This document shows positions 1-13,171 of a stretch of DNA of 64,000 bases, piece after piece. The notes beneath the pieces were generated by a model. That model made no database searches and was not told the origin of the DNA. It saw only the letters and a list, made by a program, of their open reading frames with translations. Source of the DNA: Selaginella moellendorffii (taxonomy: Eukaryota > Plantae > Lycopodiophyta); the NCBI RefSeq assembly GCF_000143415.4, contig NW_003314265.1, positions 2,931,181 to 2,995,180 of the forward strand, in the 5' to 3' direction. Both the position numbers and the translations under genes were made by a program. Position 1 is the first letter of the stretch. Every line of letters starts with the position of its first letter.

Positions 1-124
1 GTCTTTCCCAGAAGCCATGCACGACGCTTCCAGGAACGAGCAAAAAACTTATAAAGCTGAGATTCTGAGATATTCCCCATGCTTGCGCTAACCTTCCAAA
101 AGTTTATTCGTATGAAATGGGAGC

Positions 125-1191
125 TTACGCTTCCACTGCTATTTCCCTGGAGTCCTCGTCAATCGCAATCTGCTTGACCAGTGTCGATTTTTGGAACGTC
201 AGCTGCTGGAGGAGGAAGTCTCGCATGACCATGGTCGATCTCTCGTCTGGAAAAATAAATCACCGCTTTGAAAGAGCAAATGAGCAGGAAGTATTACCGA
301 GTCTTGGAACCGTGTGGCCTTTGGGATGTCTGATGACGAGTGGTGATTCGTAGGCTTTGAGCAACTCCTCGCCTGGTGTTCTAAGCCAGTCCTTGTCACC
401 TGAGAGAGTAGAGAATTCGGGAAGAGTTAAAGAAAACTAGCTGTCAGCTCGAACCTAAGACGTGAACGGAGGGACGCCGGATGCCATCGGAGTAGACAAA
501 CGCGAATTTCGATGCAATGAGCTTTGCACCCGACACCGATATCACGAATTTCACGGGAGGAATTCCAGTCAGCGCTTTACCCTTTTTGTGCGAGAAAGAG
601 AAAGAGCCGTGTTAGCAAAGAAAAACACAACACGACCTCTGTGTTGCTTCTACCTTTTCTTGCATCCCGACAAGTGCGGAAGACAAGATTGAGCCCTGGA
701 TTTGCCAAGAGTCAGCCACGCTTCCCTACCGCAACGGGAAATCTTACCTGAGAAAAACCGAGAAGTCCATCGAAAGGACCATTGTTTTCCATGAAGTTTG
801 CGATGAACTGGACTGTCTCGTCGAATCCCGTGTACTCGGTGAAATCCTGCAGCGGGAGGAGATCAAGAAAAAAAAAGAAAAAACGAAGGACTGCAGCTTA
901 CATGATTGTACTGAAACCACTCATAGTACGGCGGTGGGAAAAATCCCTCCACATCCGACTTCCCCTTCGCTGGATACGGAGCATCCAGAAAAGTCTGCAA
1001 AACCAATGGGATTTTCGAAGCTAGAAACCAAAGGGGGAATTTTTCTGCTTGCTTACCAGATCCAAGAGCTCGTGAATTGAGCTGCTCCATTTGCTGAGCT
1101 GCTTCTCAAGGATGCTTCCGCTCGTCCTGAACCCGTGCAAGCACAAGACCCTCAATTTAGTCCTCTCTCCCAAATTCCTCTCGCCCGTCAT
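125..1191 (-). CDS. FSH1/OVCA2-family serine hydrolase (multi-exon)
   Basis: Spliced translation [25 protein letters not shown]...[26 protein letters not shown]...[11 protein letters not shown](G)...GDKDWL...[10 protein letters not shown]...EIAVEA*. Shows the LCLHG motif, GFSQG nucleophile elbow, and Asp and His triad motifs. Short GT-AG introns. Confidence 0.9.
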
Positions 1192-1738
1192 GACTAGCCC
1201 CTCCTAGTCAAGTGGCAATGCTCCCACAACTCAGGAAAAAAAAAAATTTCATAAAGCGATGGGACTAGATTCTCGATCGCAGCAGCAGCTACCGCGGCTA
1301 CAGAATCACGCGGCGGAGAAGAAAACAACGAGGAACACACCACGCGACAAAGAAAAAGCCAAAAAAAAAAGGCGAAAAAGCAAGTGATACGTGTGATCTG
1401 GACGAAAGAGAAAGCTACAAACTGTGACACAAAGTGTGATCAACAGCGCGTCAAATAACCTAGATCCTCACCTGATGGATCGCGTCCACGCGCGGATGAC
1501 CGGTAGCTGGGACGCCGCCCAGCGCGCCCATAAACCCTAAACACCCCGGCATCCGCCGCGAATATCCCGAAATTTGAATTCCGCCAGGTGGTACGCCACG
1601 TCAGCAATCCGGAACGCAAGCGCCGCGCCTTCTGTTACCCTACCAAGAAGAAAGTCCCAGGCGGGCGCGCGCGCGGCGGCGATGGAGGAGCAACAGGGCT
1701 TTGACAGGGGCAAGAAGAGGTGTCCTTGCGGCGGCGCG

Positions 1739-1770
<32 letters not shown>

Positions 1771-1906
1771 CGCGAATGAATCCATCACCTGGTGAGTCCC
1801 CGGCGGCGGCGGCGGCGATTTTGTCACCAAGATCGCCAAGAAGAAGTAGTTCTAGCCCTAGGAGTGGAGGTCGCAGCAGCAGCAGCATCAGCAAGGATCC
1901 TTCTTT

Positions 1907-2604
1907 ATGGCCCAAAGACGAGGGCTCCCACCCCGGAGACGCCCTCTGGATGTCATCGTCGTCATCTTTCTCCTCGTCAACATCCCCATCGTCTTGTTCC
2001 TCGAGGCGCAGGCGGTGCTACCGTCGTGGCTCTTCCCAAAGTTCCTCCAGGGCCTCGTCAAGTGGCACGTCCGCGCCAATGGCGATTTTTTCATGAGGGA
2101 CATGCCATCCTACTTCAAGGGCATTGTCTTGGCAGACCTCTTCTTCCGGCTGCCATTGCTCTTCCTCAACGCTAAGGCCTTCTACTATGGTCAGTTCTAT
2201 GCTTCACAGTTCTTTCTTTCTTTCTTCGTTGCTCCAGGCAAAAGAGACGACTAAAGTTTGCATTTGCTTCTTGTTCTTGGTGCTCGTTCTGGCCTTCGTC
2301 TCTCACAGGAAAGGACTGGGGACGATTGACAGGGATTTTGTATGGAGTTCACTCCACAACGAGTCTGGTACGTCCCACTTTTCCATTCTCTCCAAAACGT
2401 TTTAGAGGGATCTAAAGTCGTCCTAGCAAACAGGTTCCATTGCTCTCGGAGATCTATCTCACGCACTCGGCCAAGAAATCCAGGTTGCTCATGGTGTACG
2501 TGCCACACTTGGTCGTCTCGCTCTACGTTCTCCTCCGGGTGTTGCCCGTTGCTCACCCCTTTAGCACTCCATATCCTTACGCAAAGGCAGGCAGGAGAAT
2601 GTAG
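1907..2604 (+). CDS. TMEM97/EXPERA (sigma-2 receptor-like) membrane protein, 3 exons
   Basis: Exon 1 is hydrophobic (PLDVIVVIFLLVNIPIVLFLEAQ..NGDFFM..LADLFFRLPLL). Then GILYGVHSTTSL and LLMVYVPHLVVS...AGRRM* (TAG 2602-2604). Confidence 0.8.
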
Positions 2605-3016
2605 CGCGCGCGCACAAGAGGCTCTAGGCGTTTTGTGTGTGCGTGCCAAAGCCAGCCATTGTAAAATTCCCTTGTTTGGTTCACAGCTCCTACTTCTCAA
2701 CTCCTCTCTACTCGATGATCTTGGCTCCACGAACGTTGGAGCTGCCTAAACACCGCCACAAAGCTCCTGGATCAAAAACCGAGTTTTTTCTACGCAGAAA
2801 GTTAAGCTCTTTTGGTTCCGGCTTTGTAAATCGGAGCTAGATCACACACTGCCTTCAGCTCTTATAAACAAAATCCACAACTTTGGAAAGGAGAACTTTC
2901 AGTTGTTCTTGAGCTCTTTTGAACAAAACTTTCTTTCAAGAAAGGAGAACTTTCAGAGGCTGTTTATTTTGGGCATGGGATGACACGAACAAAGTTATTA
3001 CTATAAGTCCATAGCC

Positions 3017-3037
3017 ATATATATATATATATATATA
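3017..3037. repeat. (AT)n microsatellite
   Basis: atatatat... run between convergent genes. Confidence 0.9.
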
Positions 3038-3111
3038 CCTCCGACGAACCTCTAGCGACGAAAGAGAAAGAAGCTTGCTACCAAACCCGATTCCTCCATC
3101 TTCTTGTTTCT

Positions 3112-3923
3112 CTAAGCTTGCTTCACGGGCTCCATCTCCACAGCGCGCTGGATCTTCTCGAGAGGCAGCTCCGGAACGTAGGCAGCCAGAGGGACTTTGT
3201 TCTCCTTGAGCACCACGACGAGCGAGTTAAACTTCTCCACCCCAAAGAGCGCCACTGGAGCTGTCAGATGAACGACTTGCGGCACCACCGGGAGCTTGAG
3301 AGCCGCCGTCCAAGCGCTGTAAGACCACTCCTCGGCAACCGGCTCATACTTGTTGTATACTCGCGAGCGCTCTCGTAGACACCGCGCTTTTGGACGTCGC
3401 CCACCACGCTCCTGGCCGCCTCGGGAGCTTGGGTGACAATGTCGTAAGCTTGCTGGGATCGCTCCTTAACGAACTGGGGGAGAGAGTTCTTGAGGGCCGT
3501 GACAATCTCGTCCACCTGAGAGAAGAGATAGATGTGTCAATCGCTGGGAGAGAAAAAAGGTAAGGAGGAAAAGCTAGATGGCTGGAAAGAAAGAAGGAAA
3601 AGAGCTTACTTTGCTATCGACGAGAATGAGTAACTCCGCTGGCCTCCCTTCGATCTTGTGGAGCACGGGCGCGACCACCGTCTTGACGGTGCCCTCGACG
3701 CTGTCCACGCCGGGCTTGAGAGGCCCCGAGTTCTCCTTTGCGAACTCGTAGAGCGAGGCGATGACCACGGTCACCTTGATCAGCGCCGCCTGGAAGAATC
3801 CCAGGTACTTGAGCTTCGGCTCCTGGAAGAACGAGCAACATTTTGGAAGATTTTCGATGCCCCCCGTGAGATTTGTCTTTTTACCTGAGTGGATTCCACT
3901 GGCGCGGGCTGCTGCTCGGCCAT
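3112..3923 (-). CDS. REF/SRPP (LDAP) lipid-droplet protein with an apparent 1-nt frameshift in exon 3
   Basis: LKYLGF...LYEFAKENSGPLKPGVDSVEGTVKTVVAPV...VDSKVDE is the REF/SRPP signature. The C-terminal YNKYEPVAEEW...KLP...YVPELPLEKI lies in a shifted frame. Confidence 0.88.
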
Positions 3924-4835
3924 TTTCTTCTTGCCAAGAAACCCTGGAAACACACGATCAAACACGCGCTCCGCTTGGATCGCCCGCTCCGCCACAAGAT
4001 TACCTGAGGCAGCGCTGGAAGCAAGGGATCGATTGACGACAATGCCGCGATCGGGAGCTTCTCCACCCAACGAGAGCAAACAAGAACGCCGCTTTGCAGG
4101 GCCGAGAAATAATCCCAGCCGTCGCTCTCACGGACGGTCCAGAATTGCTTGGAGGTATCCAACGGCTACTTGTAGGTGCTTGATTGGTGGAGCGTAATAC
4201 CGACACGTGGGAGATGCTCTTTAGGAATTAGGTCTTTAGGCTACCAAGCTTGTAGGGCAGTGAGGCATTTCGATCGATCGAGGCATTTGCGTCTTGGCGT
4301 CGCAGGGATCGAAATATCGATTGAGCGAGCGCTTGTGAGCGCTCTGCAAGGATTGATACGATAGGTGTCGATCTTTAGTCGATTGCATTTCGATCGATCG
4401 AGGTATCTTGGCGTCGCAGGGACCGGGAGGATGGAGCTAAGTCAGCGACGATTCTAGCTCTCGTTATCACTGTAATTCAGAATCGACGTCTTGTGAAGCA
4501 GCAAGGACGCTGGGAAATTTAGCTGCTCGAAGAACTTCACAAATTTTCGCTAGGCGACCACGAACAAAATGAATGGATTACTCCGCGAGCACGATCCACA
4601 TACAGGGGCTCTCGAACAAAACTATGGTCGTGGCTGGATGACGTGGCTGCCACTAGGATGCCGAGTTGGCACAAGTATAAAGTTGGTATCGTGCTTGAAG
4701 CGAGCAACTTTGAGAGCTTAAGGGTAGGGCTCGGCGAGCTCCGTTCCTGTCTTGATCGTCTCGGAGGTTCGTAGATGGTGGAGATGGTGTTGTGTTCTTT
4801 CTCACTACCCATTCTTCTCGCATTTTTCTCTACTT

Positions 4836-5540
4836 GCAGGCTTAGGAGCGGCTGTTGCTCGGAGAGGTATGCCGATGATCTTACTCGCCGGAAGCTCCTC
4901 TCTTTCTCTTTCGGAAGGGAATCCGAGAGAGAAAGAGAGGAGCGACGTAGAATCTCCGCGATTTCTTTCGATCTGACTCACATTCTAAGCGCTTGTGTAG
5001 GCGTGGAGCGATCGATCGTCGTTGCTGTCGCACAGATTTCTTCGCCGAGGTGATCACTTTGCTCGAGAAGCTTGCGGCTTTCGTTGATAGAATGACATTC
5101 AAAGCTTGTCTTCTTTCGTTCCAGGCTTGACGCGGCGCTAGCGATTGTTGCGACTGTTGCGCAGATTTCTTCGCAGAGGTGAGCCGATGAGGGACTTTCT
5201 CATGCGGACGTTGTAGTAGCGATTGTCTCAAAGCCTGACGCTTTTCCTCCCAGGTTTGATTCTGGAGCTGGCGATTATTGGCACTGTTCCCGGATATCTT
5301 CGCAGGGGTGAGCCGATGATCTTTCCGATCGAAAGTCTTGCGACTTTCGATAGTAGCAACCTGTTTTAGATTACTTCAAGCTTTCTCTCCCGTTCTTGCA
5401 CTTACTTTCTTTCCGATAGACCACCTTATCCGCGCGTGAAGTTCCTTGTTTACATTGCTAAGAGCTTGTGTGTTCCTCAGCCAGGCTGCTAGCGATAATT
5501 GTCGATTGTTTCACGTGTTCTCTGGAGAGGTGAGCCGATC
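4836..5540 (+). repeat. Tandemly duplicated micro-exon/intron units, probably 5' part of the PIPK-like gene
   Basis: Five related units of the form yag|G...GAG|gtgagccgat at ~4840, 5001, 5125, 5254 and 5485. Confidence 0.6.
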
Positions 5541-5819
5541 TTTCTTTCTCGTGTCAGTTTTGAGATCTAGCAGTCATTCTGTGTCGTCATCTTTGCAGAG
5601 GCTTTTTCTGTTTGTTGAGTAACTGTGGGTCTCATGCAGCTGTCTAGATGTCAACGGTACGTTTGATTCTACCATCGGACGTCGAGAGGAAGAAGCTTAC
5701 GAACCTCGATACGGACCAAGCTCGACACAACGGCGTAGAAATACCGGAGAAGCACAGGTGAGTGCATAAAGCCGTCATAGCGTGTTCTAAATCTAATAGT
5801 TTTGCTTGATTCTCTACAG

Positions 5820-6743
5820 CCTCCGTGGCTCTCGAGCTTGCTGGAAGCGCTGCAAGACTCCGATCCTGCGATTGAAAACGACGACCTCCTTGTCATCACA
5901 GGAAACGGCAGCGTAAGGATGCACCAGGCAGCGCTTATGGAGCAAATGAGGCAGTCGGTTTCGTCGGGACTGATAGGGAGCCTCTCGACCGTGAAAAGCA
6001 GGCCCTCCGAAGATGGAAAGTGGCCCACGCAGGACCGATGGTTACGGCTGAAGAGATCCGCTCCTTCTCGAGGTTTGCCTCTGCTTATGTCAACTACATT
6101 TCGTCGAACAGGAACAGGACGATGCTTGTGAAGATCTATGGCGCTTTCACGGTGAGTTCTACTCTTTGTACTGTACTTTTGTTTAGAAGGACAATGATCT
6201 TATAGGCGCAGTGCTTTCGTCTTTGCATGCAGGTAATCTCTGGAGATGCTGTGAACCACATTGTCCTCATGCAGTACTTAAAACCTCCCGGGAACGTTGT
6301 CTCTCAATACCAGCTCAAGCCGTTTGGCAGTAAGATGGAGCCTGTCTACTTAGCAGGGCTCGAGTATCTCAGGTTCGAGGAGATTGTCAAGCGAGACACG
6401 CAGTTTCTCCAGGTAACATACACGTTTCCTTTCGCTTGTTTGTGTGCTTATCTTCTCTTTGTTTCTCTGGCCCCAGGATGACTCGGTGGTCGACTACTCC
6501 TTGCTGTGCTTCAAGACGGAGAACCGAGAAGTGGTGGTGGGCGTGGTCGATTTCTTCGGCAGGAGGACACTGCGAAAGAGCTTGAAGCTACTCGTGGAGC
6601 GGCCAAGCTGGATGCGGCTAAGGCAGGCTTTGGTCACACCGTGCGTCTACCACTCGTTCATGCGCAGCAAGATCGACATGGTGTTCTACATGTTTGTCCC
6701 AGAGATTACTTTTGTTTCTGGTAGAGAGATCAGCGATCACTAA
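5820..6743 (+). CDS. Divergent FAB1/PIKfyve-like phosphatidylinositol-phosphate kinase domain (5' end uncertain, probably from ~4430)
   Basis: VTAEEIRSFSRFASAYVNY..LVKIYGAF | IVLMQYL..YQLKP..IVKRDTQFLQ | VVDYSLL..EVVVGVVDF..VTPCVY aligns by eye with FAB1 VTKTELESF..LAKILG..YDLKG..NDT.FL..MDYSLL..ELVLGIID..ISP.QY. Confidence 0.65.
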
Positions 6744-7523
6744 AAGCTGTGCTTACTAGAAATTGCCCAGCAAATGCTGGCCGGATGCAAAGCCCAACTC
6801 TGGAAATTTAAACACGTCAACATAAAGCTGTGGGAAGATGAAAAAGCTAGTCTAGGAATGAATGTAAGCTCAAGCAAAAGATCACCATCACACACATTTT
6901 TCCAAAGACAACAGACATACCCCGAGCATACCATCTGCATCTAGCCACGTACCTTCCTCCTCTCAAGATCAATCTCCTCCAACTGACTCTCTAAGTGCAT
7001 TGCTGATGGAGGAGGCTACACGAATCCCAGCCAATATGGGGCATGGGAATCTTTTCTCCTGCGCTTCTTGCAGTCATATCCAATGTCAAAATATCCCAAA
7101 ACACATCCTCTGCTTGCCTTCCAATCACAACACCAATATCTCTACATCATCTCGATCGGATGGGGCTGATTAGAGTGCTGATCTGGTTGCCATGGAAACC
7201 AAGAGATATTCAAAGCTTACGAACACAAAGTTGACTTAATCGCCTGAGAGGAGGAAGGCCTACCATTTATCGCCCAAGTCCATAAAAACAGAATTCTGCC
7301 ATTAGATGAAGGGACTGTAAGTCATGCACGCCTTGCCACCTTGCTAACATGGTGGAGTATTCATTCAACTTGTCTAAACTTTTTTGGTAGGGTTGGCAAA
7401 AAGGGAGCCAGCCAAGACAGTTCACTAAAGAATATTTTGTTATAATATGTACTACAATTATTTTTTGAATATGCTAAGAATATTTTTGTGTAATAAATAA
7501 ATATTAGAAAATATTTCAATATA

Positions 7524-10500
7524 TGAGTGCATGGAATATAGAAAGGGAATACAGAAAATGTGTATATCAATTAGCCCAAAAACCCTAGCTTATATACAAG
7601 AGTGAGTGGTTTGGATTGAAACCAATTCAATAACTACCAAAATCTTATTATGCTAATATTAGTATATGGCATTGTAGCCATACATTTGGACCTCACATTA
7701 TCTCCTCCTCTCGGAATAATGAAAGACTATCAGGATTCTTTTGTAGATAGGGGATCTGAAGGAACATTAAGAGGAGGCATTGGTAGATTTGTAGGTGGTG
7801 TCAGTTGTTCTTGATCCCTTTATACGAAGTGTTTCAACTATTGTACATGCACAATTTTTGGAGGATCGGCCTGTTAGATGTAATGCCAAACCTCATAAAT
7901 TTGTGATCCAACTTACCACAACACCTGACATGGTCCTTTCCATTAAGCAAAGAACCCTTTAGATAAATTATATATTGTATACTCCGCAAGTGGACGATGA
8001 TGGGAGTTGTAGTGCTGTTGTTGTCCCATTTGTACGTGGCTTGAGTGTTCAGCAGACTCTGCTTGGACAAGTGGAAGAATGCTCATCAAATACTGATCCC
8101 ACAATTTAGCATCAACAAGTTATGGCAATCGTGAAAGTAAACTCAACTTTGTTGGTAAAATTGGATTATGATTATATAAGAGTTTATATGGTGAAGCATC
8201 AACAAAACTCTACACCCTTATAACATATGCATATTAAAAAGATGGTAAATAACAATTCTAATTCGAATGTTAAAAGTTCATGTACTTTGCAATCATTCCT
8301 TTGAATGTCTGAATGAGCCATTCCACTAAATTGTTTAACTATGGATGATAAACACTCGTGAAAGTGTGGCGTATCCCCAATCAAGACGTCAAAACATGAA
8401 ATGCCTCAACTATAAATGCCAGACTATTATCCGAAAAAATCCGCTCCAGACAAAAATGTTGGAACAACACTTTATTGAGGAGGAAGTATCCAAAAACAGT
8501 TGTAGAGGTGCTACCAACTTCCATCTAATGAGTCAAATAGTTAGAAACAATAATAATATATTTATTGCCAAGAGTCGATCGTGAAAAAGGTCCCATAAGA
8601 TCAAATGCTATCAATTCAAATGGATGGGAAACTACAATTGACTCTAACCGTCCACATAGGAGGGGGGGGGGATGTATTATGAGCTTGGCACCAAATGCAA
8701 CTATGCAAATATTGGATAACATCACATTGCAGCTTTAGCCAATAGAAAGATTTGTGTAGCTTCTCGGTCATACAACGACGTCCATATACCCATCCAAAAC
8801 AGAAGAATTATGGTAAGTATGGAGAAACCATGGAATAAAGATGGAAGGCACCACCAGTCGTAAATGATCATCAAGATCCAACCCCACAAAATAAATAAGG
8901 CCATGTTCAAGGTGATATTGAGAATATAAATGTTAGAATGGCAAGTCATTAACAAGTGATGCAAGATTTTCAAAATCATCTTAAAACCTTTGAATCCATG
9001 GCTCAATCTTTTAAGCCTTGCGAACTTCATCAAGAGAAGATAGATATTTCTTTGCACCTTGTGGACATTGAATGTTAAGTATAACAACTATCGACGGCAC
9101 AGAATCCTCGTCTAAAAAATTCACAGATGCTGGAACAACAGACTTGTTAGAAACATGATAAGAAAGTGAAGAAGGAAGAAGAGCTCGAGAAAGGACATCA
9201 ATATCAATTATAAAACTCCCTGGGCGATGAACAATATCAAAATCATATATTTGAAACTTTAAAGCCCATCGAGCAATACGACCAACTAAGTTCTTCCACT
9301 TTAATAAAGAAGTAATGGTAGCATAATCACCTTTTAGTAACATTCGAAAACTATGTAGATATGCATGAAGTTTCTCGAAACCCTAGACTACTGCTAAACA
9401 CTCCTTTGTTGTGGAGTAGTTCACTTCCATTGGTTGTAATATACGACTTATATATGCAATGGGATGGTGCTAACTAAGCACACTCGAGGTCCTTTGCATC
9501 AACACTCCTCCAAGATTAATATCAGAAGTATCCACACACAAAATGAACGGCTGAGTGTAGTTAGGATATACCAAAACTGGAGGAGTCGTCAATAGCTTTT
9601 TGAGATTCATAAACGCCCATTCACAATCCAGAGACCAAATGAATGATGACGTTGATGACTTCAGCAATGTTCGCAATCGTGTGGTTTGATCAGAAAGATG
9701 ATCCATAAAACAACCGAGATACTACACCTTGCCCAGGAAGCGCTGCACATCATTCACACACTTCGAAGTAAGAAACTTTAGAACAATCACAAGTTTATCA
9801 AAATCAACTTGTAAACCCTCACGAAAAATATAGTACTTAAGATAACTCGTGTTCTTAAACCCAAACACGCATTTTGACCGCTTCAGCTTTAAACTAACAT
9901 TTCGTAGCCAATATAACACTTTACAAACATTAGGGACATGTTCCTCCCACGTCCCTTCTAAGTGGATTAAAACATTATCAATGAAGTCAGCAGTCACCTC
10001 TGGCACATAGTAAAGAACTTTGTCCATCATTCGCTAGAAAGTTGCTAAAGCATTATTTAAACCAAATGGTATCACCAAAAACTCATATAAACCAAATAGT
10101 GTATGAAAAACAGTTTTAAGAATATTTTCTTTGGTTATCAATACTTGCTAGTACCCAAAAACAAAATCTAGCTTGATGAAACAACAACTTCTCCTCAGAC
10201 AATCTAAAAGATCAACAATGTGAGTAAAAGGGTACACATTTGGGATTGTCACTTCGTTTAATAAATAATAGTTAATACAAAAATGAATACTCCCATCAAG
10301 CTTTGTCATAAGATGAGGTTCACATGCCTAAGGATTCCACAACTTTCAAATAACACCCTTTTCCAACATCTCATTGACGTTTGTATGTAAAATCTTGATA
10401 TCTTTAAGTAACTAATCACGAACAAGAACCTTGATTGAATGAACATCCCTAACATTCTTAGCTTGATTCGCTCCAACATATTTGGCTCCACACGAAGCAA

Positions 10501-11282
10501 AAGGTTTTGAAAATGAACACCAAATTACATCACCAACTTAGATGGCCTTTGATGAAGATAATGCAATTATTGGAAGGTATCATCACAATCATCGGCATAT
10601 TTGAATACACATTTGAAGACGTCTGGGAGAACACTCTAATCAACCATTGTACCACTATAGCGCTATTTTTTAGAGACACGTGAGCAACTCATGTAAATGT
10701 TAGCATCATCCCAAGAATGATATATGGCAATCACTGTGAAGTGATTGAACCAATAGTACACATCATCCCTATGATTCCTATAAAAGAACCTTGGCCAAAT
10801 ACAAGGATTGGCACCAAAAGCAAAAGGAGCTGTACCATGTGTCATAAATGCCACCATCAACTGAGTTTAGTTGTTCAATTACAAGCATATAGCATTAAGC
10901 AATTGCACTAACTGTTGTTCTAGAGTTAAAGGAGGAAATTGCTACTCTGCTATGAAGATGAATGAAAAGGAAAGAGTAAAAGAAGAGAAATGAAAAAAAT
11001 GTAGAAGGAAAGGGAGATCTAGATAATGCAAAAGTTAGATCTAAACTAAAATCCCAAATTCAAGCACTCCTCAGGGATAATTAAAGGTGCCTCTCACTTC
11101 CACCAATATGAGTGCATGGAATATGGAAAGGGAATACAAAAAATGCATATATCAATTATCCCAAAAGCCCTAGCTTATATATAGGAGTGAGTGGTCTATA
11201 TTGAAACTAATTTGATAACTACCAAAATCCCACTATGCTAATATTAGTATACGGCATCGTAGTTGTACACTTGGACTTCACA
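7524..11282 (-). mobile_element. Degenerate Ty3/Gypsy LTR retrotransposon with ~174-bp LTRs
   Basis: TG...CA LTRs at 7524-7697 and 11109-11282. PBS-like TGGTGGAAG next to 11108 and PPT (GAGAGGAGGAG on minus) next to 7698. Flanks ATATA/ATGTA. RT, RNaseH and integrase fragments occur in that order on the minus strand. Confidence 0.85.
8100..10330 (-). pseudogene. Ty3/Gypsy pol remnant (RT, RNase H, integrase)
   Basis: FIDNVLI/LKLKRSKCVF (RT); LTTPPVLVYPNY..VDTSD and RIARWALK..HRPG (RNaseH); PFELIAFDLMGPF..GNKYIIIV (integrase). Many stops and frameshifts. Confidence 0.85.
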
Positions 11283-11705
11283 ATGTAATTATTACAATTA
11301 TATGTTATGTTATATAATATCACATATTATTATAACTATAATAAATTATATATCAAATCCATACACAATCCATATATATAAAAGAATTAAGTTGCTTTCT
11401 TCTTCTCTCTCACCTTTTTTGTTTTTCTCTCTTCTCTTGTGTATGATCATCAACAAGTTTTGACATGAAAGTTGACTTCTCCTTAATACATATGTTTTAA
11501 TGCTTCAGATACCTCTCCATTAACTCAACTATAACCTTCGTATGGGATGGTATATCATCAGAAACTTTCATTATAATAACACATTAAAGCCATTGTACAA
11601 TGCTAGGATCATAATTTAGTCTAAAAGCATTGCAACTATTGTGTCGAGAAGCAACTAAGAAAACCTTTTATACTACTAAAGAAGTAAAAAATACAACCAC
11701 TCTCA

Positions 11706-12800
11706 TGTAAGTTATAAATTTTTCCTTTCTAATTTGCTAGCTTACCTCGTCTATCCGACCAACACTACCTTGGTTTTTGCTAAGTTCCCTCGTTAAGGTT
11801 CCCACCTATTATACCAACTCCTACTTGGTCCTACTTGGTTTCAGCTACTCACTGCACGAGCAACGGAGCGTTAACTATCCATCCACAGATTCCCAAATCT
11901 CTCCCAATCCCCCTCCCCGGGTTAGACTAGACTTAAGGTTCGGCTACACTCCCATAGGCATAAGCAACCAAGCACACCAAGCCTCCAGATTCCCAACATC
12001 CCTTGGTACAACAAGACTTGATCATGGGACCTTTTAAATCCCAAGCCTTGGGTGCAACACTTGCTTCGGGACACTGGGGCAAAGCATTGTGGCCTAACGA
12101 CCTGGTATGGGTACTTTTACCCCCCCACTTCCATCCCGAAGGGAAGGCCTAAGCCCCTAGGAAGGGTGAGGACCAATGAGCCACAAGAGGTACTCAAGTG
12201 GGGCACCACTCCACATAAGCCGAGAGCACTGCAGTTGGTTTCCCTTTCGAGAGTGGGAGCTGCTCTTGAGCACTTCTTTGGGTGGCTTCTCTGGCACCAC
12301 CCGAGTCCATGCTCACTCCCACCCAAGGCCCCTCGGCCCCAGCCTCAACCTCAAGTCAGTTTGGAAGCACCACTAAAGAGTTCCTTCAAGACTGATTCCT
12401 GGACCTCACTATCCCTACTATACTTTTGGAACCCCCTGCAGCCCCCCCCCCCCCCCCCCCAGGAGACGCACGCTTTGGGCTTTCACCCCTTGACCTATAT
12501 TAGTACTCGGACTCGGTCTCAGACTCGATCTCAGACCTAATCTCGGACTCGATCTCGGACCCGATCTCGGTCTCGACTTCGGACTCGGTCTTGGACCCGA
12601 TCTCGGATCTCGGACTCTGTCTCGAACTCGGTCTCCGAGTCGGCCTCGGACTCGATCCCAGACTCTATCTCGAACTCGGTCTCAAAGTCAATCTTGGACT
12701 CGATCTCAGACTCGGTTCATCCGATGAACTCTTTGTCATTTCGGTCATGCTTTCGGGGATCCTTTTGGCCTACGACACCTTGAGGAGTTGGTTCCTTACA
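11706..12800 (-). repeat. 3' LTR of the Gypsy element (contains CTCGGA hexamer minisatellite)
   Basis: Colinear with 34223-35351 and 53970-55115; TG..CA ends. Confidence 0.9.
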
Positions 12801-13171
12801 ACTCTACCACCCATAGGGGATGGTCCAAAGTTGAGTTGAGCTCATGAGTTGAGCTCAATTCAACACAAGTCAACTCAAGTCAACATAGTCAATAAGAAAT
12901 ATTACAAAGGAGATCTAAATTGAATAAATGAAGGTTCTAGCAAACTTTAAAATATTAAAATACGTAAATATCTAAGTTAAAAGTTTCTATAAGATTGAAT
13001 TGTTTAAAAAAGAGAAAGTTCATAAGAACCTATCTTTTATAAAGCTATATTATTTTATTATGACAACTGTTACAGCTGTCATATTTGATTTGACTACTTA
13101 ATATTTTGAATACTCTTACAGTTGTAGATACTATTCCTTCATGCAAAAGATATTTTAGGGTTCTTGAGAAG

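Noticed and set aside
4265-4425. Short direct repeat containing TCGATCGATCGA
   Set aside because: Two-copy local duplication with no further evidence of function
6745-7350. Possible minus-strand gene remnant
   Set aside because: No identifiable motif or intact frame
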